NCBI GenBank assembly: GCA_964016885.1 | Contig: OZ024741.1 | Span: 79,484,001 to 79,548,000, forward strand | Origin: Eledone cirrhosa | Taxonomy: Eukaryota | Reading direction: 5' to 3' | Length of the DNA: 64,000 bases | In this document: positions 39,326 through 51,938 of the stretch, in pieces | How positions within the stretch are numbered: the first letter of the stretch is position 1 | Layout of the letters: every line of letters starts with the position of its first letter | Notes under the pieces: generated by a model | Databases searched by the model: none | What the model was told of the DNA's origin: nothing | Seen by the model: only the letters and a program-made list of their open reading frames with translations | Position numbers and translations under genes: made by a program

Positions 39326-40786
39326 GTGACTTGTAGTATATTTATTGCTCAAATGTCATTTTTAGAAAATTAATCTTAAAATTTGGCAATAACTCCAAGA
39401 TCTATAGGATACAAAATGGATGTTGCTTTAAGAGGCAATTACACAATTGTTGTTTTCACTCACTTATGGTTAGCCAGGGACAATATTTAAAAACAACAAA
39501 TATTTCAGGCTAAAATTATTTTATTCAAAATATGGACAGAAATAGGTTAGTACTGATACTTTGTTCATTCCAAAATCCAATTTTCTTACTCTACATTTTT
39601 ATCTTTTAATTATTTTGAGTTTCACTTCTAAAGTAATGACTTTTTTTTAACCTTTTAAAGACATTCTTTCTCTCACCATTGTTATCTAATGGGTAAAAAT
39701 ACTTTAATGTTCTTTACCTCATGAAGCTGCATTAGCAAAATATTCTTGAAAAGTAGAAAATAATGCTGTACTATGACTGCATCACATAAAAAATTAAAGC
39801 CTTTATCCTAATACTACAAATTTTACAGCAATCTGTTCACTAGTAAAGATACTATAGACATTTGAATTAACAAACTCATTTTAGATATTTTCTGCTAAGT
39901 TATTGCAGGCTTTCAAAAGTTAACTTTAGAAAACTTGAATAAATAGCATGAGGTATGTGAAAGGGAAACATGCTCTTTCAGTGCTGTTAAAGGTAAGCTG
40001 GTCATGCAAATGATATGAGTGATATGAGTGACAAATGCTTATACATGGTTTCTTCCCTTTGATTCAGCTAGCTGATTGACTGATATTAAACCAACCCAAT
40101 AAAATCAATGCTTGGCACTGTTTGGAATGTGTTAACTGAAATTCCCCCTGCATGAAATACAGACAGGCTGCAATTTATAAACTGTGTTAACTTGAAAAGT
40201 ATGCTAAATGAAACTATGTTAAATGAGGTCTTACTGGATATAATTCTTAATGTTGCTGTTTTGAACAGAAAGAACTACAATTTAAAGCAAAGTACTCAAT
40301 ACATGAGGTAGAGTGTATATATTTTTATTTATAAAATTACTTGTTCTAACAGGACTAATTCTATTTCCTTCTCTAGGACAAATTCTAATAATGTAAGCAG
40401 TGAATTGACTGAGTTGTTACTGTCAGATTAAATGTATTGGTACTTGATCCGTCTTTCTGCACTTTGAGTTCAAATTCTGTGAAGGTGAATTTTGCCTTTC
40501 ATATTTTTGGGGTCAATAAATATAGTGCTACTTCAAAGTTGGCGGATTGGAAAAATTACTAAAGAATTAGGTGGGATGCTTTGTAGTATCTGTTAAAGAG
40601 CTATGCATTATAAGTTCAAGTTCTACCTCCTGTCACTGAAAAAGAGACTTTTTTTACCAGAAGCTGTGACTTGCAAATAGTATCAACTGTACAAACATTG
40701 TTTTCTTGGTCCAATCTGATAATTGTCTCCTTTCCTTTTTACACAAACACACACATGTATATGTATATATATCTGTGTGTATGTGT

Positions 40787-40990
40787 GTCATCATCATCAT
40801 CATCATCATCAGGTTTAGCGTCCGTGTTCCACGCTTGCATGGGTTTGGACGGGGGTTTTCCCACTTGAGGCAAGAGTGGTTGTCTTGCTCGCATAGGACT
40901 GTCTGGCGGGTTTTCTACAGTTGGATGCCCTTCCTAACACCAACCACATTTACAGTGTGGGGCTGGGAGGTTTTTACCGTGTTGCCTATA
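40787..40990 (-). mobile_element. Solo 3' tail of RTE family A
   Basis: Matches 26621-26820; truncated into (TA)n. Confidence 0.9.
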
Positions 40991-40999
40991 TATATATAT

Positions 41000-42175
41000 C
41001 ATCACCACTCTCGCATGGGTTGGAGGGGTTCTCTTCAGCTCAGTATCTCTCCACTTGCTACATTCCTACATCATCTCCTCTGTGAGTCTCAGTGATTTGA
41101 GATCAGCTCTCACCCCCTCCGCCCAGGTCTTCCTTCTACTGAGATTTCTTGACACTTTTTCATCCAGCAATCAACAATATGTACATCACATGCCCATATC
41201 AATGCACGCCTCTTTGGATTCCTCTTAAACCCAGTTTCTCCCAAGCTCTGCCTTTCTCTTATATTTATATTGCACATCCAATGAAACATGGTTACTTCAT
41301 TTCTATCCAACCAATGCAGTCACCGGTCATATTTCACTACCATACAGCATTGGACTTCACACACAGGCATCACACAGCTGTCCATTTGTATGTAGGGAGA
41401 AGCCTTTTGATGTCAACAGTGGGAATAACTCTCTAAACTTCTTCTATCTATCTTTATTCTAGCTATTATGCTCTTGGCACACTTTTCTCTATTGCTAGTT
41501 AGGTCACCGAGATAGCAGAAGCTATTAACCACTTCTGTGCATCAAGATTTACTTCATGTGCATTGTATAGATTTTATGCCTACTCCTTATTGTGTAGGGC
41601 CACTTCTCTGAAGGAACCTGGGTCCTGTCTTCTTTCGTACTTACAAGCACTTTAGTTTTGGCTAAGTTTACTCTTAGCCCTTTTCATTCCAAATTCTGTT
41701 TCCATTGTCGGGACTTATTTTCTAGTTCTTTAATGGATTTTGCTATAAGGACCAGATCATCTGCATAGAGAAGTTCCCATAGGCAACCGGTCTTAAATTC
41801 CTCTGTTACGGCATGGAGAACAGTAGGCTAAGGACTGATGAACTCCTACCTGCATCTTGAATTCCTCACTAAACTCACTTCCTACTCTCACTTTACTGAC
41901 AGCTCCTCCAAACATTTTTCTACACCTAAATCTCCTAAGGACCACCAGATAACAGAGTGAGGTACTCTTTCAAAGGCCTTTCCTAGATAAACAAAAGCTA
42001 AATACAGTGGCTTATCTTGGCTAGGAACTTCTCTTGTAGGTGCCTCAACACGAAGAGGGCATGAAATTAAACTGCATCTCGTCTAATTTGACTCTTTACC
42101 TAATTAGCTGTGTTATAACTCTTTCTATCACTTTCATAACTTGGTCCATTAGTTTTATTCCCCTATAGTTGATTC
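41000..42175 (-). mobile_element. Old degraded RTE LINE
   Basis: Remnants NYRGIKLMDQVMKV, FVYLGKAFE, FKTGCLWELLYADD, FCYLGD. Confidence 0.85.
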
Positions 42176-42479
42176 CAACAACTGGGGAAGCTTGTGTAAA
42201 AATATATTATTATATATGTAGATCATATGAAATCTACAAATATATTAAAAAAATAAAATTCAGAAATATATTAAAAAAATAATATATATTGAATTATATA
42301 TAATGATACAAGGTTATTTGATATCCACATGAGGTACTGACATATGTAACTTGATTGAGATTATTTATATTAGATATTCTCCAGATAAAATTTAACCAAA
42401 TAAAGCTGGGTATTTACAGAGAAAATGTATTAATCACATCATGTAATAAGAATGGCTATGAAGTAGAACAGATTTTTAA

Positions 42480-44010
42480 AAGATCTAGTTGATATCTTCA
42501 TAGATTTTATTGGAAGAATTACTATCAACTCTAAAATCCATGTAATTATTTTCTTAGAAATAGCCCTAAACTAATTCTGGTAAAAGCAGCTTTTACATAA
42601 TACATCCATGAATACTCCAAGCATCCAAAAACTATTTTAAAAAAAAAAGACATATTCTCCAAAGATACTTTTAACTGTATTATGAAATATTACAATGACA
42701 CATTTCATTGTAATGAGTTTACAGAAAAAGTACATTACAAACCAAGACAGAATAATACAATCTCTAGAATAAATATAAAATGGAAGATAAGTTGGTATAA
42801 TCTACCATTTCGCTTAAATGCTGCCTGATTTCCCTAAATCTTAATAAGCAAACACTTTCCTTTAAATCATATATGTTGCACAATGAATGTCATGTCAAGG
42901 TATGCTACAGTTGCTTTGATAATTCCACCACCTCTCTGCCAAAATGCAACTGCCTTGTCATTTACACTTCCTCACAACAAAGCACAGTGTACTGCATAGA
43001 GATCTTCATTGGAAGCAAAAAAAGCTTTTAAAACAAGATGGTACTAATTTCTGGAATGAACTCATAAAGAATACTACTACTTTTTCTAAATATATTTGGG
43101 ACCTGAAGAGCAGAGACATCCACAAGTTCAAAATCAATTGGTCATTCATCAACACTGTACACCCATAAATCAATGGATTAAAATAATTTTGGTTTATCTG
43201 AAAAACTCCACATACTAATGCAAGCACTTGATTTGTTAAACTTTAAGTCAGAATTAGTCTCTCCTTTCCCCTCACCAAAGGAAACAAGTTTTACCTACTG
43301 AATAAATTTTGCAACAACTAGTTATTGTTACTGACTCTCATATGTTGATTTACTTTTAAAAAGAATACTCTTGAAAACCACTAGTTTTCATTCGCAAACA
43401 ACTTTGACACATACAACATCCTTTTACAAGCCACCCTAATTTGAATTATGATTTCTAAGTAACTGTAACTTAGATTGCAACATTTCATCTATCACTGTAA
43501 CCTCACCCTCACCTAGATTTACCTGAAACATGCAAAAGAATAAAACCAAGAAAATTATACATGTTCTTTTTTACACTACACAGAAGGGAAATATAACTTT
43601 CTTGCATATACAACATTGCAGCTTCTATTTTCTACCACGTTAAAATGAATGTGCAATTAATATAGTGTGTATAAGTGCATAGATATATGCATACTCTTTT
43701 AATAGCTGCACACTGCACCTTTCAGAAGCTAATCTTAATTGAAATATTGCATCTCACTTCACACATTGTACCTATTACAAATAACCATCACTTGTACTGC
43801 AGCTCTTTACAGTGCCTCCATTCACTTTTATCCACACCCTCACATGGTCTAAATCTACACATATTTACACATACTAGCTGACACCATTGAAATTGCAAGG
43901 TTTAATTAGAAACAACTAGCAGGTATTAAAGATAAATTTAGCATTTTAATTCTTTTGTTTATAAGTTATATCTAGACATACAAATGACTGAAATGCCCCA
44001 AATAAAATGC
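42480..44010 (+). mobile_element. Highly degenerate Penelope-like element
   Basis: WYNLPF, TTFSKYIWDLK..FKINWS and LLNFKSELVS motifs, followed by an AT-rich UTR. Confidence 0.6.
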
Positions 44011-44520
44011 TTTACTCATTTATAATTTGAGGATAAAATAATAATTTTCGTACAGTATAAGGTTTAACAAAAGAAAATTGACAACAGCACCTCCATTGCC
44101 ACTGCCACACTTTTTCTCGCATTCTCTCTTGCACACACACTTCTACCATTCACCTTCCACAGCATGACCAACAATTTACACGACATATAATCTATTATTA
44201 GCACTTTGATATAATAGATTCCGATTGCCAATATCAGCTTCTATAACTTGAACCATTCCAAAGGATAGCATCAAGAATGTAATAAACAGATATATTGTTG
44301 TACTGCACTGAAAACCAATATCAGTACAGACAAGGTGTAGCTGAACTGTACAGAACAACATTAGAACATGTACACACAAGAACATGTATTCAGTCACAGC
44401 TTTCACTTTTCAAATCAATTTTTTTTCATGTTTAAAAACCTTGAGATGTGTACATACAATTATGCATTCTTTGTGCATACACAGTTAAAGGTATGTGTTT
44501 GAGCATGCAGATACGTGTAT

Positions 44521-44874
44521 ATCATCATCATCATCATCATCATCATTTCATTTTACGTCCGCTTTTTCCCTGCTTGCAAGGGTGGGACGGGAACTGATTC
44601 TGGCTTGATTTCTAAGGCTTGATGCCCTTCCTAACACCAACCTCATTTACAGTGAGTGCCGGGTGCTTTTTTGCCGTGGCACCTGCATGACCACTTTGCA
44701 GTGGAATGATAGGGACTCCAGTCCCTATCATCTCATTTCTACAGCTGAGTAAACTGGAGCAATGTGAAATAAAGTGCCTTGCTCAAGGAAACAACACATC
44801 ACCCGGTCTGAGAATTGAACTCACAACCTTTCGATTGCAAGGCCAATGCTCTAACCACTAAGCCATGTGCCTCC
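44521..44874 (-). mobile_element. CORE-SINE with tRNA head and RTE-derived tail, full length
   Basis: Reverse-complement near-copy of 57496-57843. Confidence 0.85.
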
Positions 44875-44904
44875 ATCTATCTAAATATATATATATACAT
44901 ATTA

Positions 44905-45070
44905 TATTGTAATGAGTTACTGCTCAATGGCTGAGCTCTTGCCATTTCAACAAGAGCTCAGTCATTGGGCAGTAACTTATTACAATACCTACACTTTACT
45001 TTCTTAAGTATTGAGTACTAAGCTGAGCAACAGTCTTACTGGTCTAAACTGGTAACTCCCAATCGATATA
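44905..45070. mobile_element. F1-related Penelope terminal fold-back
   Basis: Arms 44905-44941 and 44951-44987 with TGGCTGAGCTCTTGCCATTTC; downstream AAGTATTGAGTACT as in F1; TA flanks. Confidence 0.65.
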
Positions 45071-47394
45071 TTAAATATATATACATATTATGCATCTGAA
45101 CTCAGAATTAGTGCAGATGAATTTATATGAATTAATGACATCTAGTCTAGTCAACTGAATCCTTCTTTACACACGCATCCTGGTTAATAAGCACCCTCCC
45201 AATATCCACGAAGTCTACCTTCTTCATCAGTCTACTTATGATTCCACTACACCTCATGTGAATTCATTGTACACCATATGGATTTTCAAGCTACATCCTT
45301 TCTGCGTGTTCAGCCCAGTCATTTCTTTGGTGGTGGCAGAGCCGTATTCTTTTTCCTTTGCTATGTTTACTTTGAGGCTCTTTAATTCCAGATTATATAT
45401 ATAAATATATTCTCAATTTCAGATGGTTGTGCAAAAGACGTGGAATGAATACATACTCTGTTTCAGATGTTTGTGCAAAAGACGTGAGAATGAATATATA
45501 CTCTGTTTCAGATGTTTGTGCAGAAGATGTGGAACAAACTAAAATTATCATTGACTGTGTAACTACCATATTAACCAATGGTATATCAGGCATATGTAAA
45601 GGTAATATTGACTTTTCCTGGCAAATTGAATAATTTATGCTAATTAATCTGTTGGGATATGTTGTTTAGGCTTCTGTTGCAAAATATATGACTTTTTAAT
45701 GCATAGTTGATGAAAACCTACATCAAATATATACGTATGCAATGTTAAGATTTCTTTTAAAATGTCATGACTTTTTCCAGCTTAAGATTTCTGTGTTCAT
45801 TCAACAACCAAATTTAAATATGAAATTAATGAAACTTCATGCAAAGGAATGGTGTTATTGGGGCACCTTGTGATGATGTTCACCAATATTATTCATCATT
45901 GTTTTAGAAAAGAAGTGGAGGGCAAATGGGAAAATGTAGTCCTATATACAGAGTTGTGATGCCTTTGATTATATGTCTGCTTGAGAAGGACTGAACTTGT
46001 GCTAAACAATACCAGTTAAAATTGTGGCTTGCATTCTAATTGATTTAGCTATGAAAACAAACACGAAGTGCTTAAGAAATCATCATGGCAATCTCATCAA
46101 TTTTTCATGCCCAGTGCATCTAAGACTATATTATTCAATCCCGCCAAGGTTTACTTTGCCTTTCATCCTTACGGGGTCGATAAAATAAAGTACCAGTAAT
46201 GCACTGGATAATTACTGGCCTTGTGCCAAAAGTAGAAACAATTATTCAATGTAGCTAACATAAACAATCACACATTAAGAAATACAAATGAAGCATGAAA
46301 ATGTAAATTAAATAGAATAAAAAAAGAAAAATTAATTAAAACCATGAAGTTGGTTTTCTTAAGAAATTCTGACACAATTAATTTAGAGTTTTTTTGTTTA
46401 GTTTTCAGTGATAATTTAAAAAATACATATTTTATTATGAAACTGCATCATTCTTATTTCACACAAAAATCTTTAATCACAGTTCATGCTAAAATCTAAG
46501 TGACTGAAAGTCAACATGTAATGCTGAGTCACTGCTCAACTAAGAGCTGTCATCTAAAGCCAACTCACTGCTTGACTGAGAGTTGTCACACAATGCCAAC
46601 TCACTGCCAGACTAAATATTGTCATACAATTTCAACTTACTGCACAGCCAATGCAGAAATGATTGGAATGGCATACATACCATGGTTATGGAATTACATG
46701 TTTATCACAATAAAATATCCATTTTAATTTTGTAGATTGTGTCTTTGTACCCACCTGAAAATGAAGGATTTCTCTTTTGTTGATAAAAGCAGCAATAACA
46801 ACTATAGTTTAGCCGAATTTGGCACTTGCTGTGTAGCAATGCAGGATTATACAGCGTGAAAATCAATTCATATCTTCATTATGGTCTTGGTGACAATTTC
46901 ACTCCGTGAACACTGAAATTCGGGTGACGTAGCAAAGTTGACAAATCATTTCCAGTTATCTTTATGAAATGTAATAAAATTGTTTTGGGGCCATCGAAGT
47001 AACATGCATTACAAAGTAAAAAATAAGAAAAAAGATAAAAAATTACCAAAAATAGGGTAGCTTTCTCCAAGATCATGTCATCCACAAGCACTCACACTCT
47101 TGTGATGCCAATAAATATAAAAACCCTAAAATAATAGCAAATTTTGTGATTTACAGCTTGAAGTACATCTTGAATGATGGAACTATCAGTCTCGTGTCAT
47201 GTAATATCTCACAATTTATCAGGCGGAGATTATGTTATTTCCAATTTTATGGCACAAAACAAGAGCTTAAAATTGAATGCAGAGCTACATAATGTATGTA
47301 TAAGTTTATATATATATATCATCATCATTTAATGTCTGTCTTCCATGCTAGCATGGGCTAGACATATATATATAAAATAACGGTGATGATGATA

Positions 47395-47782
47395 TATAAA
47401 TAAAATAACAGCGTGAGCAAGTTAACACATATATCAGGTTTTCTGATGTGCATGTGAAATTGTATTTCACCATAAAGCGGTGTCCTTGTTTGAAGCAGAA
47501 CTATTCTTATTAATATATAACTTAAATCCATTATACATGTTATTATACACTTCTGTAGTATGAAGATGCCAACATGGCTGGAACCGGTATGATAAATTTC
47601 TTTTAAAAAAAATAAATGTTTTGCAGTTATTCTATGAGAAAATCTCATTAGCATTTTCTACTGTTTTTTCTTTTGTACTATTATATATATAAATACAAAA
47701 GAAAAAACAGTAGAAAATGCTAATGGGATTTTCTCATAGAACAACAACAAAACATTTATTCATAAAAAATAAATTTATCGTA
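47395..47782. mobile_element. Penelope-type terminus with decayed hammerhead and (TA)-centred inverted duplication
   Basis: ATGAAGA-TGCCA-ACA-TGGCT-GGAA-CCGGTA at 47560-47589; arms about 47590-47677 and 47693-47782. Confidence 0.5.
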
Positions 47783-48273
47783 AGCTCACTTACATCACTC
47801 TAAGACAATGACACTGGATCGAGACCTTTGGCGCCATGCAGTTGTACAGAAGACCCAACTGCCATTGTATACAAACCTACAGTCAGTAGGCACCTCTTAA
47901 CCCAATGTACACCCCACCCCTATGCCATCTCCCCTTTCCCGTTCCGTCCACTGTGCTAGCGTGGAAGATGGACGTTAAACGATGATGATGATATATATAT
48001 ACATGTATATATATCATCATCATGATATATATATATATATATATATACATGTATATATATATATATATATATATCATCATCATTGTTTAACGTCCATCTT
48101 CCACGCTAGCATGGGTTAGACGGTTTTGTTCCATTTGATGCAGGAATCATGGGGAGACCGAGTCTCGTTTGCACAGAAGTGTCTCTGGCAGGTTTTTTAC
48201 AGCTGGATGCCCTTCCTAACACCAACTACATTCACAGTGTGGACTGGGAGCCTTTTTTTCCGTGTCTATACAC

Positions 48274-48294
<21 letters not shown>

Positions 48295-48304
<10 letters not shown>

Positions 48305-48762
48305 AATAAAGGGAGAAGCGCAAGACTGTGTACGGTTTATAATTTTTTATCTCATTAGTAAAATAAGTTGGATTACTTTGAATAAATAATGAATGAATAT
48401 TACATAATTTATCTACTAAATTTCGTGGCTGTTTATTAAATATATTTTATTATTTATTTAAAGATTCACTTCTTTAAAATTTTCAAATGTCAACACTTCC
48501 GGTGGCGATCGCTTAAATAAGCATATTAATTTTCTCCTAATGCAGTTTATATATAATATCATCTTTTTTTTAATGTATCATGGATTACATTACTGATTAC
48601 ATAAGACAGTGCAACACAGTCTTTGTTCAATTTCTGTGTATATTGTCAATTACGATTTTATTTGATGTATCATATCTACATGTATATATACTTGTGTATA
48701 ATATCAATATACACACTACTTATGCTAGCAGAAAACCACCCGAAGGGTGGTTTTTCTGCTAG
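48295..48762 (+). mobile_element. Probable non-autonomous Helitron
   Basis: Ends with hairpin CCACCC-GAA-GGGTGG, 8 nt, then CTAG followed by T; starts in (TA)n; no TIR or TSD. Confidence 0.5.
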
Positions 48763-48771
48763 TATGTACAA

Positions 48772-48814
<43 letters not shown>

Positions 48815-48818
<4 letters not shown>

Positions 48819-49128
48819 AAAGAATAGAGGTGTAACACACAAGTTATTATATATTGGTAAACGGAATAGAAAATGCTGACAAATTGTTCACAGTTGAAAA
48901 ATGGTTTAATTAGGAAAAAAAGAGTATTAGTGATTGTATGGGTTAGTATTCAGTTGTGGTTTTAAGTTTTTAAGTTTTTACCGGTTGCGCATTTCTAAAT
49001 GCTTTTCAAAAATAATTTTGAGATAGAGTGTCCGTGTTGTTTGATACAATTACTAATACTCTTTTATTCCTAATTAAACCATTTTTCAACTGTGAACAAT
49101 TTGTCAGCATTTTCTATTCCGTTTACCA

Positions 49129-49135
<7 letters not shown>
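48815..49135. mobile_element. Penelope terminal fold-back with decayed U3:A8 hammerhead in the loop
   Basis: Arms about 48850-48939 and 49044-49135. Reverse complement of 48975-49012: TTT-TTGAAAA-GCATTT-AG-AAATGC-GCAA-CCGGTA-AAAA. Confidence 0.65.
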
Positions 49136-49160
<25 letters not shown>

Positions 49161-51938
49161 TATATTATGTATATATATATAATATATATATCATAATCAT
49201 CATCATCATCACCATTTAATGTCCATTTTCCATGCCTGCATGGGTTATCCAAGTCATAAGACAAGAAGTCTGGCCAGATTGGCCGTATGGTACCTTGCCA
49301 AGGCGGAACAGTAAATTTCACCAGGATTTTTACAGCTGGAAACCCTTCTTAACACCAACCACATTTACAGTATGGGACTGAATGACGCCATTATGAGGAG
49401 GGACAGGCCAGTTGGCCATGCCAAGCCCTTCTCACAGCAGAACCATAGTTTGGGAGCCGCACCCATACTTACATGGTGGAACTGGATGTCACTGTTATGA
49501 GCTGTACCCAGATTTACAGTGTGGAACTGAATGACACCATTATGAGGAGGGACAGGCCATTTGGCCGCACCATACTCTGCTCACAGTGGAGCCATAGTTT
49601 GGGATATATATATATCTAAAATGTATATATTATATATTTATTATACATACATACATATATATTTTATGCACACACACATTTATATCCTAGTGAAATTCTA
49701 TAATGAAAAATAATATATTTTGTTAATTATAGAGAAACATGCCTCTTTCACATTAATAAAACTTATTTTTTTGTTATAGAATTTATGTACATAAAAAATA
49801 AATGTTTTTGTAGCAGTCTATATGCACAAACTAAGCTAAGTAGCATTGTATAAAACAAAACTAAGTAGATTTTGTCAGTTCATTGTTTCTGATTCAAGAT
49901 TTCATTTTACTTTTGGTGTGTTAATAAAATATGATACAAGTGAAATATATATATTATCATTATTCCAGAAGTTCTTTTATCATAACATTCATAGTAAAAC
50001 TGTGTGGTCCTTGAAAATATTGTTTTCCATTGTTATTTATAAGTATATAAAGATTACTTAAAAGCAACACAAAGCTAACCTCTTACACCAATTTACTCTC
50101 ATTTTAATTCTCTCAACACTCACATTCTTTCCAGGTTTACTAGTCAGAGAAGTGTGATAAACACTTCATCCTGTAACACACTTGGGTATTTGTCTTCTGA
50201 CAGCCACCATCTTCCACACTATCTCCTTAGTGTGAGAGCAAACAAAAACACTAAGCTTCTTATTATATTCGGATAAATATATCAAAACAAAAAATATCAG
50301 GAACAATGTGATGGTGATTTTAATTATTTTATTTTTTTTCATTTTATTAAAGATCAGTTTCTGTGTATGGGTAAGCTGTGGATGGAGGTGTATAGATGAT
50401 TGAATGAACCCCATTATGTTACTGGTACTTCTGTCGTCGGCCATCAACAATTGAAAGTCAGAATTGATCCTAGCTAAACTTGAACTCGGAAAATTGGTGT
50501 GGATGAATTTAAATGATGCTATGACATGTAGTCCATCTACCTGAATTCCTCTTTACACACACACACACACAGATACATATACTGGAAATGAGTGGTCAAT
50601 CTTTAGCCAACAGTGCAACAACTTATTCACCCAGACCACCATGACTAATGACCATAGCTCACAACTGTGACTGACAATCTTGAGTGACCCTAACTGACCA
50701 CTCTGACTGATTCAATATTACATAATTGAATCTAAGGTGGGTTTTCAGGGCATTTTGTTCTTGTATTTGTTTTTCAACATTTTCACATTTGCATTTCCAA
50801 AGAATGCTTTGGATCATCACCATCATCATCATGAGGAACATCACTACAAGCTCTAGTAATATCATCATTACCACCATCATGTTTGTTATCATGATCACTA
50901 TGGCCACCATGATCACAATCATCATCACTACAGCCATCAGAATTACTATTATTATCGTCATCAGCTATGGTAACAATCATAACCCACATGCTCTTCCACT
51001 CACTTCATCCTCATTATTATTGTCATCTTCATTGATTTTTTCCCACTCATTCGCTTCTGGGACTATAATACAGGGATCAATCTCATAAGAAATCCTCACC
51101 ATCAAACCCGGCAACAATCTTCTCATCCACATGCTTCATTTTTTTGTTTGCTTGTTTTTTTCATAATTCATGGGGCTCTAAAACACAGGATATAGTCTCA
51201 TATGCAAGAAATCTTTATCATCATCACCATCATCCTCATCACAAACACCAACACCAACACCAGTACCACCACCAGCACCAGCACTACCTTCATCGTCCTC
51301 ACTATCGTCATGATTATTATCATCATAATAATTATTTACAGTTAGTGAGTAGGGAGTTGGTGATGGCGAAGGTGATTTGGACACAATGCGAAGCTGGGAA
51401 AAGAACAGAAGGAGGAAGAAATAAAACAAAAATATCAAAAACAAATGAAATAAACAATAATCATACAAAACAAAATAAAATAAAACATACAAAATAAATA
51501 AAATACAATAAAAATGTATATACATATATGTATTATGTATGTATGCATGTATATGAAAGGCACAGGCATGGTTGTATGATTAAGATGTTTTCTTTGCAAT
51601 CATGGGCTCTGGGTCCGATTCCACATCCTTCAGTATATGTCCTCTACCATATAACTTTGGCATGGGTTAGACGGGTTTGTCCCACTTAGAGGCAAGTTGG
51701 GTCGGGTGACCGTGTCTCACTCATATAGGACTGTTTCTAGCTGGTTTTCTATGGCTGGATGCCCTTCCTAGCGCCAACCACCTTTACAATGTGTGCTGGG
51801 TGCTTTTTGCCATGTCTTTTACACAACCACTTTACAGTGTGGGCTAGAAGTTTTGTAAAACCAACATAACATATACAAACACACAAACATATATATATAT
51901 ATATATGATGATATGTGTATATATACACACCAATATAT

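Noticed and set aside
45190-45392. Possible host exon
   Set aside because: Minus strand reads LELKSLKVNIAK..HMRCSGII.RL, a decayed RTE fragment.
50659-51525. His-, Asp- or Met-rich ORFs
   Set aside because: Degenerate (CAT)/(CAC) microsatellites; no splice or homology evidence visible.
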